From: Candidatus Latescibacterota bacterium
Lineage (GTDB): Bacteria > Latescibacterota > UBA2968 > GCA-2709665
Reading direction: 5' to 3'
Length of the DNA: 64,000 bases
Assembly (NCBI GenBank): GCA_963667175.2
Contig: CAXXXF010000006.1
Location: 384,001-448,000 of the forward strand
Positions within the stretch are counted from its first letter, which is position 1; each line of letters starts with the position of its first letter. The notes beneath the pieces were generated by a model. That model saw nothing but the letters and a program-made list of their open reading frames with translations, was not told the origin of the DNA and did not search any database. Positions 1 to 10,198 of this stretch are shown piece by piece. Made by a program: the position numbers and the translations under genes.

Positions 1-1
1 C

Positions 2-328
2 GATGCCGCCGAGGGTGCGATCGCCTTTACCGGCTGGACGGCCACGTCAACCACACCCGGGAATCCGTCCTTCGTTGAGAAGTACAGGTCGAGATTCGGC
101 GCTGAACCGAATCGGTGGGCTGCGCAGTCGTACGCCGCGCTTTATGTTCTTGCAGAAGCGATTGCAAAGGCCGGGTCCACGGATCCAGGCGCCATACGCG
201 AAGCGATGGCCGCCATCACGGACCTGGACACCGTTCTGGGTCAATTCTCGTTCGACCACAACGGAGACGCGGTCTACGATCCCGTCGTACTGGTCGTGAG
301 AAACGGCGAGTTCGAGGATTTCGAGTGA
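2..328 (+). CDS. C-terminal part of a branched-chain amino acid (LivJ/LivK-type) ABC substrate-binding protein, truncated by the window edge
   Basis: Not in the ORF track. Frame 2 is open from the edge and reads DAAEGAIAFTGW...FVEKYRSRFGAEPNRWAAQSYAALYVLAEAIAKAGSTDPGAIREAMAAITDLDTVLGQFSFDHNGD...*, typical of the class I periplasmic binding protein C-terminus. Confidence 0.85.
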   Translation, partial: DAAEGAIAFTGWTATSTTPGNPSFVEKYRSRFGAEPNRWAAQSYAALYVLAEAIAKAGSTDPGAIREAMAAITDLDTVLGQFSFDHNGDAVYDPVVLVVRNGEFEDFE

Positions 329-357
329 GGTGAACGAACCACAGGAGGAGGAGAACG

Positions 358-1197
358 ATGCGCGAGATGCCGGTTGGCGTCATGATGAGCGCCGGTTGGA
401 CTCCGGACCAACTCCGGCAGGTGCGGAATCTGGGCTTCGACAATGTACAGATTCACGCCCCGGCCGAGGACGTCCTGGCGGACAACCGTCGAAGTACCGG
501 TCTGATCCGGGACATTCATTCGGTCGATATTGATATCACGACCGTCTTCGCGGGGTTTTCAGGGGAGAGCTACGCCGACGTTCCAGCCGTCAAGGAAACC
601 GTCGGGTACCTCAATCCATCTCTTCGCGAGGAACGCATCGAAATTACCGCGCGGATCTCCGATTTCGCAAACGCGCTCGGCGTTGACAAGGTCGCCGCGC
701 ACATCGGCTTCGTCCCGGAAGATCCGGATCACCCCGATCACCATGCGATGATTGAATGCGTAAGAAGACTGGCCGACCATTGCGGCCGGAACGGACAGGA
801 CTTCTGTCTGGAAACCGGTCAGGAAACCGCTGCCGCGCTGCGCCACTTCCTCGAAACGCTCGATCGCGACAACGTCGGCGTAAACTTCGACCCGGCCAAT
901 ATGATCCTTTACGGTAGCGGAGAACCCATCCAGGCCCTCGACGTCGTGGCCGACTACGTCGTCAGCGTCCACGCGAAAGACGGGAAATGGCCTCAGAGCG
1001 AGGGCCAGCTCGGTCGAGAGTTTCCCCTCGGTCAGGGGGACGTCGGGATGGATCGTTTCATTGCCAAACTGAAACAGATCGGATACCTCGGTCCCGTCAC
1101 CATGGAACGTGAAATCCCGGATTGGGACCGGAAGGTCAGGGACCTGGTCCAGGGCAAACATCTCCTGGAGAGCCTGATTCAGCCGACAATCGCCTGA
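358..1197 (+). CDS. Sugar phosphate isomerase/epimerase (xylose isomerase-like TIM barrel)
   Basis: GGAGGAG RBS; metal-ligand motifs LETG, NFDPAN, HAKD, MERE. Confidence 0.9.
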   Translation: MREMPVGVMMSAGWTPDQLRQVRNLGFDNVQIHAPAEDVLADNRRSTGLIRDIHSVDIDITTVFAGFSGESYADVPAVKETVGYLNPSLREERIEITARISDFANALGVDKVAAHIGFVPEDPDHPDHHAMIECVRRLADHCGRNGQDFCLETGQETAAALRHFLETLDRDNVGVNFDPANMILYGSGEPIQALDVVADYVVSVHAKDGKWPQSEGQLGREFPLGQGDVGMDRFIAKLKQIGYLGPVTMEREIPDWDRKVRDLVQGKHLLESLIQPTIA

Positions 1198-1392
1198 CCC
1201 CGCGCGCAAAAACGCCCTCTCTCCGCAGGGTCACCTTTTGGCGGGAGGGAAGGTCCAAAAGGAAAACGACGGTAGAAAGGGCGTCTTCTGTAATATTATA
1301 CGTCTGCGGGTGGTCGAAGTTTCAATCGGAAAGACGTCTGCCGCGGCGCTACACCTGCCGGACGTTGAACCGTACATGTTCACCGAACATGC

Positions 1393-2559
1393 CTACGGCG
1401 TAATCACCAGGATCCGATCGTCGTCGGTGCGCGGCTGTCCGCGGCCGTCCCGGTTGCTGGTGGCCAGGTACACCTCGCCGTCCGGACCCACCAGTACATC
1501 CCTGAGGCGGCCGAACCTGCCGGTGAACCGGTCATCCCTCGCCGTGGCGCGCCGGCCATCGGCAGACAAAGAGATGACCCAGAGCGCCTGCCCCTTCAAC
1601 GTTGTAAAGAGAAGGCTTCCCTTCCAGGCCGGTATCAGGTCCTCGTTATAGACGTCCGCGCCAGCGGGTGCGATCGTCGGCGTCCACGCGGCGAGCGGTT
1701 CCACCACGTCGTTGGACGTGCAGAACGCGGTCTCGTCCGCCAAGACGTCATTATCGCAGAATCCGCGCGCGCCCGGCCAGCCGTAATTCCGCCCGGACAG
1801 AATCAGGTTGACTTCGTCGTTGTCGAGAGGTCCGTGTTCCGTGCTGTAAAGCAAGCCGGTCGCCGGGTGAAACACAAGGCCCTGGGCATTCCGGTGTCCG
1901 AAGGAATAGACCGCTGTGCCGAACGGATTGTCCTGTGCGGGCCGACCTTCGAGGTCCAGCCGCAGGACCTTTCCCGCCAGTGAATTCAGATCCTGCGAAA
2001 GCGCGGGCAATTGCGCGTCGCCGGTTGTCAGGTAAAGCAGTTTGTTCGGGCCCACGGCGAGCCGGGATCCATCGTGGTTCGGCGCGCCGGGGATGCCACT
2101 CAGCAGGATTTCAGGTTGCCCCAGCGCCGATCCGTCAAAACTCATCCGCACCAGACGGTTCTCAATGCCGTCGCCCGTCCGGTAGGAATAAACCGCATAG
2201 ACAAAGGGCTGATGCCGAAAGTCCGGGTGAAACGCGATCCCCATCAACCCGCTTTCGCTCAGTTCGAAGGCTTCGATTCGACCCGCCACCGTTACTGCGC
2301 CCGTCTCCGTATCCACGCGGGATATCGCGCCATTGCGCTCGCTTACCCAGATGAACCCATCAGGTCCCCAGGCCAGATCCCACGGCGTATCCAGGCCGGT
2401 TGCCAGCGTCCGCACCGCAAAACCATCCACCCTGTTGTCGCCTGCCGACCCGACTCCGTTTTCGGTCGGGGGTTCCTCCGGTTGGGAGTCGTTGGCGCCT
2501 TTTCCACAACCGGCAACCGCAAACATCACGAGCAATGCCGCCGTGGCGCGGTGTACCAC
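1393..2559 (-). CDS. PQQ-dependent glucose/sorbosone dehydrogenase family lipoprotein
   Basis: Lipobox VAGC; GLDTPWDLAWGPDG, GLMGIAFHPDF, HDGSRL, GHRNAQGL, GRNYGWP, GRLRDV. Confidence 0.9.
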   Translation of the reverse strand: MVHRATAALLVMFAVAGCGKGANDSQPEEPPTENGVGSAGDNRVDGFAVRTLATGLDTPWDLAWGPDGFIWVSERNGAISRVDTETGAVTVAGRIEAFELSESGLMGIAFHPDFRHQPFVYAVYSYRTGDGIENRLVRMSFDGSALGQPEILLSGIPGAPNHDGSRLAVGPNKLLYLTTGDAQLPALSQDLNSLAGKVLRLDLEGRPAQDNPFGTAVYSFGHRNAQGLVFHPATGLLYSTEHGPLDNDEVNLILSGRNYGWPGARGFCDNDVLADETAFCTSNDVVEPLAAWTPTIAPAGADVYNEDLIPAWKGSLLFTTLKGQALWVISLSADGRRATARDDRFTGRFGRLRDVLVGPDGEVYLATSNRDGRGQPRTDDDRILVITP

Positions 2560-2638
2560 CGTTGCCAGCCTCCGTTCGTGAACAGCGCAAATCGACTCAC
2601 GGCCGGATGCTTGTTGACTCCGCCCTGAAATGCGCAGC

Positions 2639-5600
2639 CTAGAACAACCCCGTGAAATCTATCGAGAAATACTGCTTGGGATGGACTGTTTCCGCGAAAT
2701 CGGTCGGCCATGCCAGGTCGTACCGGAACAGAAAGGCGCCGAGATTGGCTCGAACGCCGAATCCGTAACCCGCTTTCAGATCCCTGAGTTCAAAACCGCC
2801 GTCCCGCGCTTCCCACGGCTCGAAGCTGTCTCGATCGAACGCACTCCCTACATCCAGGAACAATTCGCCCTGGATATTCTGAAAGAAGAGCGGCAATGGC
2901 CAGCCCATGGCCAACTGCCGGATCAGCGGAAAGCGAAAGGCGACGTTGGCCAGCAGGAACGAGTCTCCGGCCATCTCGAATACGTCGGCGCCGCGCAGCG
3001 GCCAGACAAAACTGGAAAAAAACACGCGTTCCCGGTCGACAGACGCGAATGTGGCGTAATTCGGATTGATTGAATTGTTCACGCCGCCGAGAAAGAAGAC
3101 CTGGCTGTTCCGGCCGAAACTGGTCCCTCCGGACATGCGGATCGCAAACGTGTATTCCTCCAGCATCGGGACATATTTGCGGTAGTCGGCCTGCACCGTG
3201 CCGTACTGCATCCCCGCCCAACTGCCTCTGAGAGACAACCTCGCACGCCGTCCCTTAATTGGGCCGAACTGGGAATACAACGCATTGTCTTCAACGACGT
3301 CCAGACTGTTGATTACGGCCCAGTTGTCGGAGACGGGCGTTCCACTCCCGCGGATGACCCTGCCCGTATAGCCGGCCCGAAGGTATTGACTTTGATAAGA
3401 GCCCAGATTCTCGCGTGAAATATTGATCCCCTGCATACTCGTCTCAATTCGCGTAAACCTGTTGAACGGACGCTGGAATACAGCCCCGCCGCCGTAGATC
3501 CGATCGGCTACGATCTGACCGTTCGATATGAAGAAGTTCCGAGTATGCAACGCATTCAGGTAATAGTTGGTCTGGTTCTTGAGGTTCTGGTATCCCAGGA
3601 AGAGGTCGCTGTCTTTCAGCGAGAAGCTCAGCCCGGTCTGTACGACGACGCGGTGGTCGCCCATCACGTCGGTCAGTGAAAGGTAGAGCAGGCTGCTGAC
3701 ACCGTAGAAGGTGTCGAAGCCCGCGTTGGCTCCTAGAGATTCGGGTTTGAGTTTCACGCGGTATTTGTTGATCGTGAACGCCTTGTTCCAGTCTCTCAGC
3801 GTCAGCTCTTTGTCGCCGTCGGTCTCCAGCGTGTCGGGCTGCGACGCCTCCTCCTCGTCGTCGTCTCCGCGCGCTTCGGCGGCCGCCAGCGCCATCTGGT
3901 CCGACATCCACGTCTCCACCTTCCTGTCCGCCGCCACCGTCGCCACCGCCGTGTCCGCGTCTGCTGCCGCGCCCGCGCCGTCGGGTTCCTCGCCGCCGTC
4001 CGCGGCTTCCTGCCTGCGCTTCTTCTGCAGCTCGACGAACGGCCGATCTTCGATGCCCGCCAGACGCTTCGCGTACCGCGTCAGCGGCAGGTCCTCCATC
4101 CCGCGCTTCTGCTTCGCCGGGTCCTTCATCACGAAGATGTCATAGCCCCCGCGGTGAAACGTCGTGAACGCCAGCTTCTTGCCGTCCGCGCTCCAGTCGA
4201 TATACCGCGCGCCGGACAGCAGGTTGCTGATCGGATACAGCTGCGACCCGTCCACGTGCGCAATGTAGACGTTGCCCACCCCCGTCCTGTCAGACACGAA
4301 CGCCAGACTCTGTGAGTCCGGCCCCCACGTGGGATGGCTGTCGTTCACCTCGCTTTCCACCACCTGCCGGATCTCGCTGCCGTCGGCCTTCAGCACGAAC
4401 ACGTCATACGTCCCGAACGTGAAGTCCTTCGACCCGTCGTATGCCAGATCCGCGCCGGGACGATCCGAACTGATCGCAATCCATTCCCCGTCCGGCGACC
4501 AGTCCAGGTGCTTCTCGTCATACGGGTCCCGCGTCATCCGACGCAGACCCTCGTCCTCCACGTTCACCACGTACACGTCCGACCACCCGTCCTTCAATCC
4601 CACGATCGCGATCTGTTTCCCGTCCGGCGACCACGTCGGCTCGAACAACCCGTCCAGATCGAACTTGAATCGCTTCGTCACCCGCTTCTTCCTCACGTCC
4701 AGCGTATACAGCGTGTTCTTGTTGCGCGACTTCGCCGCAAACGCGATCTGCTTCCCGTCCGGCGACCACGTGATCCCCGGACGCAGCACGAACAACCCCT
4801 CGAAATCCGACGATCGCTCCCCCTCCACCAACCGCCCCAGATCCTGACCGTCGATCGCCGACATCAGATAGATGTCGAACGTACCCTCGCGCTCCGTCAC
4901 GTACGCGATCTTGTCCCCCTGCGGGGAAAACGACGGCGCGATATTGTAAAAACCGCGACCCGCCCCCGCCTCCGTCAACTGCTTCGCCACCTCCTCCGAC
5001 GGATGGTGCAGGTTGATCTCGTTCCAATACTGACGCTTCAACCACAACTGCCACTTCTCGTCCAGCTCCTCCACGCCCTCGCCCACCGACGCCTTCAACG
5101 CCTTGTCCACGGATCGCGCGGAACGAAACGACGAAATGAACTCCGCCACCTTGTCCTTGCCATACTCCTCCTCGATCATCACGAAGACGGACTGTCCCCC
5201 CTTATACGCAAACGCGCCGCTCAACGACGTCATCCCCGGCACGTACCCCGTGATCGTCGCGTGTCGCATGAAATTGTCGCCCTCGAGGTCCCACCCACCC
5301 TGCGACAGATACTCCGCCACTCCCTCCGCAATCCACAACGGCGGCAACGAAGCCGTCTGCGTCATCATGGCGCCCAGCCACCCGCCGCCCGTCCACATCT
5401 CCAGCGTCACCACGTGCGCCAGCTCGTGGTGGATCACGTGACGGAAATCGCCATACGATCCCGTATACGGGATCACCACGCGACCCTGCGCAAACTCCGT
5501 AAAGCCGCCCGTGAACTCCGACTGCTCCGTCGGCGTGATGTTCGTCACCGAAAACCCGTTGTGAGAATTGTAGATCACGATCGGATATCGATCCTTCAAC

Positions 5601-5836
5601 GTATATTTCAGATCCTTCTCCAGACGCACCAGCGCGCGCTCCGCCTCCTTCGCCGCAAACTCCGCCGCAGGCTGCGACGCCTTGTCGAAATAAATCTTGA
5701 AATGCTCCGTCTCCAGAAAATGCCAGTCGTAATCGTCATACGTCACCTTGTTCTTGCCGAAATACTCCTGGCCATAGCCCGTGGCGCACGTGAAGAGACC
5801 GATTAGAATTCCTGACATAAGGCATCGCAGGATCAT
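2639..5836 (-). CDS. Secreted peptidase MA-like + TolB/PD40 beta-propeller + BamA/Omp85-type barrel fusion protein
   Basis: Start moved to the ATG at 5836 behind GGAGG; signal peptide then QEYFGKNKV; HHELAH and WIAEGVAEY; repeated WSPDG; Omp85-like C-terminus (PLRG, GYGFGVR, terminal F). Confidence 0.85.
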   Translation of the reverse strand: MILRCLMSGILIGLFTCATGYGQEYFGKNKVTYDDYDWHFLETEHFKIYFDKASQPAAEFAAKEAERALVRLEKDLKYTLKDRYPIVIYNSHNGFSVTNITPTEQSEFTGGFTEFAQGRVVIPYTGSYGDFRHVIHHELAHVVTLEMWTGGGWLGAMMTQTASLPPLWIAEGVAEYLSQGGWDLEGDNFMRHATITGYVPGMTSLSGAFAYKGGQSVFVMIEEEYGKDKVAEFISSFRSARSVDKALKASVGEGVEELDEKWQLWLKRQYWNEINLHHPSEEVAKQLTEAGAGRGFYNIAPSFSPQGDKIAYVTEREGTFDIYLMSAIDGQDLGRLVEGERSSDFEGLFVLRPGITWSPDGKQIAFAAKSRNKNTLYTLDVRKKRVTKRFKFDLDGLFEPTWSPDGKQIAIVGLKDGWSDVYVVNVEDEGLRRMTRDPYDEKHLDWSPDGEWIAISSDRPGADLAYDGSKDFTFGTYDVFVLKADGSEIRQVVESEVNDSHPTWGPDSQSLAFVSDRTGVGNVYIAHVDGSQLYPISNLLSGARYIDWSADGKKLAFTTFHRGGYDIFVMKDPAKQKRGMEDLPLTRYAKRLAGIEDRPFVELQKKRRQEAADGGEEPDGAGAAADADTAVATVAADRKVETWMSDQMALAAAEARGDDDEEEASQPDTLETDGDKELTLRDWNKAFTINKYRVKLKPESLGANAGFDTFYGVSSLLYLSLTDVMGDHRVVVQTGLSFSLKDSDLFLGYQNLKNQTNYYLNALHTRNFFISNGQIVADRIYGGGAVFQRPFNRFTRIETSMQGINISRENLGSYQSQYLRAGYTGRVIRGSGTPVSDNWAVINSLDVVEDNALYSQFGPIKGRRARLSLRGSWAGMQYGTVQADYRKYVPMLEEYTFAIRMSGGTSFGRNSQVFFLGGVNNSINPNYATFASVDRERVFFSSFVWPLRGADVFEMAGDSFLLANVAFRFPLIRQLAMGWPLPLFFQNIQGELFLDVGSAFDRDSFEPWEARDGGFELRDLKAGYGFGVRANLGAFLFRYDLAWPTDFAETVHPKQYFSIDFTGLF

Positions 5837-6294
5837 GACTGACCTCCTTGCCAGTGCCGTTGCGGCGGCGGCCCTTTCCTCCGGGCGGCAAACGACGCCG
5901 ACGCCTGTGGCGCGCCCGCCCAATTCGTATCCATCGGCGTATTTCACGGTCGACCAAGGGCGATGGGGTGAGGGTCGGCCGCCGGGATTTTACCGCCCCC
6001 ACCCCTGTTCCCGCACGACGTCTGCGGGAAACACTCATTTCCAGAGACCGGATATCGGTCGCTTCAAAGAAAACTGTCGATCCATCCGTCGCACTACACC
6101 TTTTAGAACGACGTTCCTGCCAAATCGTTCCCCCATTTTTTCCAATGACTTCCGCGATGTCTTCCATATATTGGCCTGCAAGGACGTCAGATCCACACGT
6201 CCCGTTTCAACCTGTCTACCGGCCGCCCCGTCAAAAGATCCGGCTTCAATCCGATCCGCCGCGACTCCGGCTGCCGTCACATTTCCATTCAGTT

Positions 6295-8016
6295 ATGGCG
6301 TACACGTCCATCGAACTGCAGCTTCTGAAGAACAGGCTGGAATCCATCGTGGACGACATGGCGCTTACAGTCGTTCGCACCGCCTACTCAACCAATCTCA
6401 GAAATTCAATGGACTTTTCCACCGGCTTCTGCGACGCCCGTGGCCGGCTGGTTGCACAGGGTCTCTGCCTTCCCCTGCATCTGGGGAGCCTGCCTGACGG
6501 TCTCTCCGCCGTACTCCAACGGTTTCGCGATGCCATTGACGACGGCGATGTGTTTCTGCTCAACGATCCGTATGAAGGTGGCACGCATCTGCCCGACCTG
6601 TACATCTACAAACCCGTGTTCGTCGACTCCCGTCTGCTCGGATTCGCCACGGCCATCGCACACCATACCGATATCGGCGGCCGGGTTGCCGGCGGAAACG
6701 CTTGCGATTCCACGGAAATCTACCAGGAAGGACTGCGGATCCCGCCACTCAAGCTCTACGCTTCCGGACGTCCGGTCCAGGCGATTTTCGATCTGATCGA
6801 ACGCAACGTCCGAGTCCCCCGCAACGCCTTGGGTGACCTTCGCGCCCAGCTGTCCGCCTGTCACATTGGCGAAAGCGCATTTGCCGACCTGGCGCGGGAA
6901 CAGGGTTTCAGTCGCCTTCAGAACGGATTCTCCGAGCTTCTGGATTACTCCGAACGCCTTACGCGATCGGAAATCACCGCTCTGCCGGACGGTCGCTACA
7001 GCTTTACCGACGTACTCGACGACGACGGTATCGACCCGGGCCCGATCCCGATCACCGTCACAGTCGAGGTCGCGGGCAGCGCGCTGTCGGTAGACTTCAC
7101 CGGCACGGCGCCCCAGGTGGCGGGGGCCATCAACTGCGTCGCTTCATTCACCAGGTCGGCGGTGTACGCGTGCCTGCGCTGTCTCATGCGGGCGGACGTC
7201 CCGACGAATTCCGGCTTCTTCCGCGCCGTTGACGTGCGGATCCCGCCGGCCACGATCGCCAACCCGTCGCCGCCGGCGCCCGTCGCCGCCCGCGGCCTCA
7301 CCGGCTTTCGACTCGCCAATACGATCATGGGCGCGCTCGCCCAGTCGGCGCCGCACATCGTGCCCGCGTGCGAAGTGGGTGGAGACACGGGTATTTCTAT
7401 CGGTGGATACCGGGCGGACCGTACCGCGTTCGTCTTTCTGGAGTTCCTCTTCTGCGGATGGGGAGGACGTCCGGACCGGGACGGTATTGACGGCTGCGCC
7501 AGTATCGTGGTCAATTTCTCCAACAACCCGGCCGAAGTCGTCGAAGCCGAATATCCGCTCCAAATTCTCGAATACGGATTCCTGCCCGACACGGGCGGGG
7601 CGGGCAAATACCGCGGCGCCTGCTCGATCGTTCGCGAATACAGGTTTACGGAAACACAGGCGACCCTGCAGATCCGCTCGGACCGCCACGAGTCCCGCGC
7701 CTACGGCCTGTCCGGAGGGTTGCCGGGGTCTCCGTCCAGGAACATCCTGAACCCGCACACGGAAGCCCAGGAATTGCCCGCCAAGACGTTGCTGACCCTC
7801 AAAAGAGGCGACGTCCTGCGGCACGTACTCGCAGGGGCAGGCGGCTGGGGCAGTCCGCTGGAACGCGACCCTCAGCGCATACTGGAAGACGTCCGAAACG
7901 GAAAAGTCTCAATCCGGTCCGCCGAATGCGACTACGCCGTCGCCATTGACCCGGAAACGTTGGAAATTGACGTTGAGCGCACCACTCGGCGCCGCTCCGG
8001 TTCCGATCGCACGTAG
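6295..8016 (+). CDS. hyuB: Hydantoinase B / 5-oxoprolinase subunit B family
   Basis: Start at MAYTSIEL; RTAYSTN..DFS, LNDPYEGGTHLPD, HHTDIGG, EIYQEGLRIPP, DTGGAGKYRG, GAGGWGSPLERDP. Confidence 0.9.
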   Translation: MAYTSIELQLLKNRLESIVDDMALTVVRTAYSTNLRNSMDFSTGFCDARGRLVAQGLCLPLHLGSLPDGLSAVLQRFRDAIDDGDVFLLNDPYEGGTHLPDLYIYKPVFVDSRLLGFATAIAHHTDIGGRVAGGNACDSTEIYQEGLRIPPLKLYASGRPVQAIFDLIERNVRVPRNALGDLRAQLSACHIGESAFADLAREQGFSRLQNGFSELLDYSERLTRSEITALPDGRYSFTDVLDDDGIDPGPIPITVTVEVAGSALSVDFTGTAPQVAGAINCVASFTRSAVYACLRCLMRADVPTNSGFFRAVDVRIPPATIANPSPPAPVAARGLTGFRLANTIMGALAQSAPHIVPACEVGGDTGISIGGYRADRTAFVFLEFLFCGWGGRPDRDGIDGCASIVVNFSNNPAEVVEAEYPLQILEYGFLPDTGGAGKYRGACSIVREYRFTETQATLQIRSDRHESRAYGLSGGLPGSPSRNILNPHTEAQELPAKTLLTLKRGDVLRHVLAGAGGWGSPLERDPQRILEDVRNGKVSIRSAECDYAVAIDPETLEIDVERTTRRRSGSDRT

Positions 8017-8119
8017 CGCAATTGGCACTAACCGCATACGGCGGGCGTTCGGACAAAAAAGACGCGAGCGATCCCTGGACCGCCCGCAATTCAATCCGGA
8101 CGTTTCGCGTAGACCGCGG

Positions 8120-10198
8120 TCATTCCACGTCGATCACGACATTCCTCCAGTCGTCCACGCGGACGGCAGCGTCCGGAGGGACCAGCGTGGTGGCGTCGTA
8201 GTCCTCGACGATGACCGGGCCCGGGCCCGGCGTATCCCGGAGGAAACGCCGGGACAAGACCGGTGTTTCGATCCATCCCCAGGGTTCGCCGAAATAGGCG
8301 CGCCTGCCGCCCGGTCCTCCGCCACGTCCTTCCGGCTCATCGATGTCTCTCCCGTGTGGTAACGGCGGCTGGGGTAGAAACGCGCGGACCCTCAGGGTAA
8401 CGACCTCGACAGCGTCGCTTTCGGCGCGGTGTCCGTACGTCCGCTCGTGTTCGGCTTCAAAAGCGTCCCTGAGATCGGCCAGAGTACCGCGGTCCCATTG
8501 CCCCAGGGGCGCCCTGATCGAGAGTTCATAGGATTGCCCCGCATATCTGAGGTCCACGAAGTTTTCTACGGCTGAACCTGGCAACCTCTCTCTGGCCTCG
8601 TCAGCCATCCTTCCAAACGTGGACTGTAGCTCAGCCGGTTCTGTTTCCATCAGGTGTTTCAGCCTGGTTTGCGCCAGATCGTACTGCAATCCTGCCGCGA
8701 CCAGACCGATCGCGCTGAAGAGACCCGGAGCCGGCGGAACCAGTACCTTCTTGATTCCGAGCGCTCTGGCCATGCCGACGGCGTGCAGGGGACCGCTCCC
8801 GCCGAAGGCCAGTAACGAAAACCTTTGGGGATCGCGGCCGCGCTCAGACGAAACCGCCCGTACCGCCCTCACCATTCGGGCAACCGCGATCCGGTGCGCT
8901 CCAAGGGCGGCCTCATCCTCCCCCAAGTCCATCTTCGACGCGACCCATTCCCGCATGGCGCTTCGGGCCGACGCGACGTCCATAGACAGACTGCCGCCAG
9001 CGGGTCCTTCGGGATTCAGATATCCCAGTAACAGGTTGGCGTCGGTGAGCGCAGGCCGATTTCCTCCGCGCCGATAGCTGGCGGGTCCGGGGTCCGCTCC
9101 GGCACTCTCCGGTCCCACCTGAAGGGCTCCGCCGCCGTCGACATGCAGGATACTGCCGCCGCCTGCTCCGATTTCGGCCAGATCGATGCAGGGCGCCCGT
9201 ATGGGGTACCCACCCCCGCCCATCAATCTTCCCGCAACAGACAGCCCGCCGCCGACCTCGTAATCCGATACGCGGGAGATTCGACCGTTTTCTATGAGCG
9301 ACGCCTTGGCCGTCGTCCCGCCCATATCGAACGCAATCAGATCAGGGCATCCGACGCGCCGGCCCAGCGCCGCGGCCGCGACGACTCCGGCGGCCGGCCC
9401 GGATTCGAGAATCTGAACCGGTCGCTCGACCGCAGTAGTGGTCCCGGTGACCCCTCCGCTCGACTGCATGATCCTCAGCGGCGCGTCGATATCCAGGTCC
9501 TTCAACCGCGCGTGAAAATCGCCCAGGTAGCTCCGCACCACCGGCATTACGTATGCGTTTATCACCGTGGTGCTCGTGCGCTCGTATTCCTTGATCTCAG
9601 GCAGGACTTCTGACGACAGCGTGACCGTCCACCGCCCGGCCGCACGCAGCAGTTCGCCTATCCTGATCTCGTGGCCGGGATTCACGTATGCATTGAGCAG
9701 ACACACCGCAACCGACGCAACACGCTCTCTTTCCAGGTGTTCGATCGCAAGCTGAACGCTCTTTTCGTCCAGTGTTTCCAACACGTCGCCGGCGGCGTCA
9801 ATCCGTTCATTGACCTCCAGACGGAGATACCGGGGCACGAGTGGTTTCGGCTTCTCCCATGAAAGATCGTACAGCCGAGGCACCCGCAGCCGCCCGATCT
9901 CCAGCACGTCGCGAAAACCCCGTGTTGTGATCAGGCCGGTGCGCGCCCCGGCGCCCCCCAGAACGGCGTTGGTCGCCACGGTGGTACCGTGGATGACTTC
10001 CGTCACCTCCGCCCCCGCTCCCCTGACAACCTGACTTACACCATCTACGATGGCAGTCCCGTAATCACGGGGCGTGGACGGCACCTTGCAGACTGCCACG
10101 CGGCCGTCCCTGCGCACAGCCACAACGTCCGTGAAGGTGCCGCCGATATCAATGCCGATACGCACAGTCGGTACGATCCGGTTAGCGGGTGTCCTCAC
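8120..10198 (-). CDS. hyuA: Hydantoinase A / 5-oxoprolinase subunit A family
   Basis: IGIDIGGTFTD, HGTTVATNA, EYERTSTT, ESGPAAG, DMGGTT, GPESAGADPGP; the GTG start overlaps the TGA of the upstream permease. Confidence 0.9.
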   Translation of the reverse strand: MRTPANRIVPTVRIGIDIGGTFTDVVAVRRDGRVAVCKVPSTPRDYGTAIVDGVSQVVRGAGAEVTEVIHGTTVATNAVLGGAGARTGLITTRGFRDVLEIGRLRVPRLYDLSWEKPKPLVPRYLRLEVNERIDAAGDVLETLDEKSVQLAIEHLERERVASVAVCLLNAYVNPGHEIRIGELLRAAGRWTVTLSSEVLPEIKEYERTSTTVINAYVMPVVRSYLGDFHARLKDLDIDAPLRIMQSSGGVTGTTTAVERPVQILESGPAAGVVAAAALGRRVGCPDLIAFDMGGTTAKASLIENGRISRVSDYEVGGGLSVAGRLMGGGGYPIRAPCIDLAEIGAGGGSILHVDGGGALQVGPESAGADPGPASYRRGGNRPALTDANLLLGYLNPEGPAGGSLSMDVASARSAMREWVASKMDLGEDEAALGAHRIAVARMVRAVRAVSSERGRDPQRFSLLAFGGSGPLHAVGMARALGIKKVLVPPAPGLFSAIGLVAAGLQYDLAQTRLKHLMETEPAELQSTFGRMADEARERLPGSAVENFVDLRYAGQSYELSIRAPLGQWDRGTLADLRDAFEAEHERTYGHRAESDAVEVVTLRVRAFLPQPPLPHGRDIDEPEGRGGGPGGRRAYFGEPWGWIETPVLSRRFLRDTPGPGPVIVEDYDATTLVPPDAAVRVDDWRNVVIDVE

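Noticed and set aside
1205-1290. Nested inverted repeats (ACGCCCT/AGGGCGT, CCTTTTGG/CCAAAAGG)
   Set aside because: Adequately explained as a terminator region between convergent genes; single copy in the window.
4334-5806. Long antisense ORFs (also 44339-46474, 13022-14413, 39313-40776, 36533-37813)
   Set aside because: Shadows of GC-rich coding genes, with no recognisable motifs and biased composition.
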